DNA from: an uncultured Candidatus Micrarchaeota archaeon
Lineage (GTDB): Archaea; Micrarchaeota; Micrarchaeia; Burarchaeales; Fermentimicrarchaeaceae
NCBI GenBank assembly: GCA_963760615.1
Contig: CAVXDX010000003.1
Location: forward strand, 19,238-83,237
Direction: 5' to 3'
Length of the DNA: 64,000 bases
The first letter of the stretch is position 1; the number at the start of each line of letters is the position of its first letter. Both the position numbers and the translations under genes were made by a program. Below the pieces are notes generated by a model. The model was not told where the DNA came from. It ran no database searches and saw only the letters and a program-made list of their open reading frames with translations. Positions 63,223 through 64,000 of the stretch are shown here, piece after piece.

Positions 63223-63771
63223 ATGCCCGAATACTATGACTTGGATGTGCGGTTCTGGGAGGCAGGCTTGGAGAGTTATGCAAACTCCCTTGGTTTCAGA
63301 AGCATATGCAGCTTTTCCCCTCAGGGTAATGGCATGGAGATACGGGCTGGGAGGGACGAGGACATAAGGTTCAAAAAGGAGGGAAAAATTATTCTTGTTT
63401 CTTCAGATGACCCCGAGCTTCTGAAAAAAGCATGCAGGATAGATGTTGACATGCTGCTCTTCCCGAGGTTCACTGCCGAAGTTGGATTGGTGAGAGCCGC
63501 TGCCGAGAACAGGAAACCATTCGAAATTCCGCTCTCGCTTCTTTTGGTGAGAAGGGGTGCCGAAAGGGCGTTCCTCATGTCAAGGATACGCATCTTCCTA
63601 AAACTTTGCAACAAACATGGAGCTGACTTCATACTCACCAGTGGAGCTTCAGGCAGGCCTTTCATGAAGTCTCCAGGCGAGCTCACCGCAGTTGGAGAAG
63701 CGCTCGGCCTGTCCCATGACCAGGCGGTGAAATCAATATCAATGGTTCCGGAGTATATCTTCAAGGGATGA
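63223..63771 (+). CDS. rnp3: RNase P protein component 3 (Rpp30)
   Basis: 182 aa with N-terminal YYDLDV and an overall Rpp30 TIM-barrel-like pattern (..ILTSGASG...KSPGEL..VGEALGL..). It is followed directly by a Pop5-like gene, as in many archaea. Confidence 0.65.
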   Translation: MPEYYDLDVRFWEAGLESYANSLGFRSICSFSPQGNGMEIRAGRDEDIRFKKEGKIILVSSDDPELLKKACRIDVDMLLFPRFTAEVGLVRAAAENRKPFEIPLSLLLVRRGAERAFLMSRIRIFLKLCNKHGADFILTSGASGRPFMKSPGELTAVGEALGLSHDQAVKSISMVPEYIFKG

Positions 63772-63775
63772 TGCT

Positions 63776-64000
63776 ATGATCCCCACAATGAGAGAAAAAA
63801 GAAGGTACATCCACCTCAGGTTTGAGTGCAGCCGTGCGCTCAGCGAAAGCGAGGCGAGGGATGAGCTCTACAATGCAATTCTCTCTTTCCTTGGTGAGAT
63901 GGGCTTCTCAAAAGTCAGCCCAAAGCTTGTGGAATTCAACGACAACTCCGGCATCCTCATGTGCTCAAACCAAGAGCTTCAGAATGTCAAGGCTGCTTTG
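63776..64000 (+). CDS. rnp2: RNase P protein component 2 (Pop5/Rpp14), 3'-truncated by the window end
   Basis: The ATG at 63776 gives MIPTMREKRRYIHLRFECSRALSESEARDELYNAILSFLGEMGFSK.., the typical Pop5 N-terminus (REKxRYI). The frame is open to the window end. Confidence 0.7.
   Translation, partial: MIPTMREKRRYIHLRFECSRALSESEARDELYNAILSFLGEMGFSKVSPKLVEFNDNSGILMCSNQELQNVKAAL

Noticed and set aside
1-64000. A window-wide look for CRISPR arrays, rRNA genes, transposases, integrases or IS ends, and prophage hallmarks.
   Set aside because: I saw no regularly spaced direct repeats, no rRNA-like segments, and no ORF with DDE, tyrosine- or serine-recombinase, capsid or terminase motifs. The only sizeable repeat is the pilin tandem duplication.

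Overview
This is a gene-dense archaeal chromosome segment, and all calls come from reading the ORF translations and DNA by eye with no database search. Archaeal hallmarks are aRF1, r-proteins L10e and L15e, Dph2, RNase P proteins Rpp30 and Pop5, an intron-containing tRNA-Tyr, BRE/TATA-like promoters and class III signal-peptide pilins.

Housekeeping content:
- GluRS, CysRS and a methanogen-type SerRS.
- PEP synthase, UMP kinase and a TtuA/TtuB-like tRNA thiolation pair.
- A co-linear operon for the lower archaeal-type mevalonate pathway (UbiX, UbiD-type decarboxylase, aconitase-X dehydratase large and small subunits, IPK, IDI2), with mevalonate kinase about 6 kb downstream.
- A glycogen-type GT/GH57 pair, an ABC-2 exporter and a ZIP transporter.
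- Several surface proteins: a putative S-layer protein, a multidomain C1 protease and pilins.

No rRNA, CRISPR array, transposase or integrase was seen.

Most interesting observations:
1. A TrpB2 gene is translationally coupled to a small ParB/Srx-fold gene. This may be a serine kinase plus O-phosphoserine-dependent Trp synthase module. The TrpB2 5' end has a homopolymer frameshift.
2. Two pilin genes form a tandem ~570-bp duplication that is identical except for one ~30-nt recoded patch. The upstream copy drags along the last codons of dph2.
3. A double-AAA Cdc48-like ATPase has a polytopic membrane domain in place of the usual N-domain.
4. Two unrelated secreted proteins share a ~45-aa C-terminal anchor or sorting-like module.
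5. Two HerA/DUF87-like ATPase loci sit with unusual small partners. One has acidic Trp-containing mini-proteins and a double zinc ribbon. The other has a four-repeat AbrB-like protein next to an inverted-order AbiE pair.
6. Three copies of the palindrome GTTGTCA-N6-TGACAAC lie in promoter-proximal positions.
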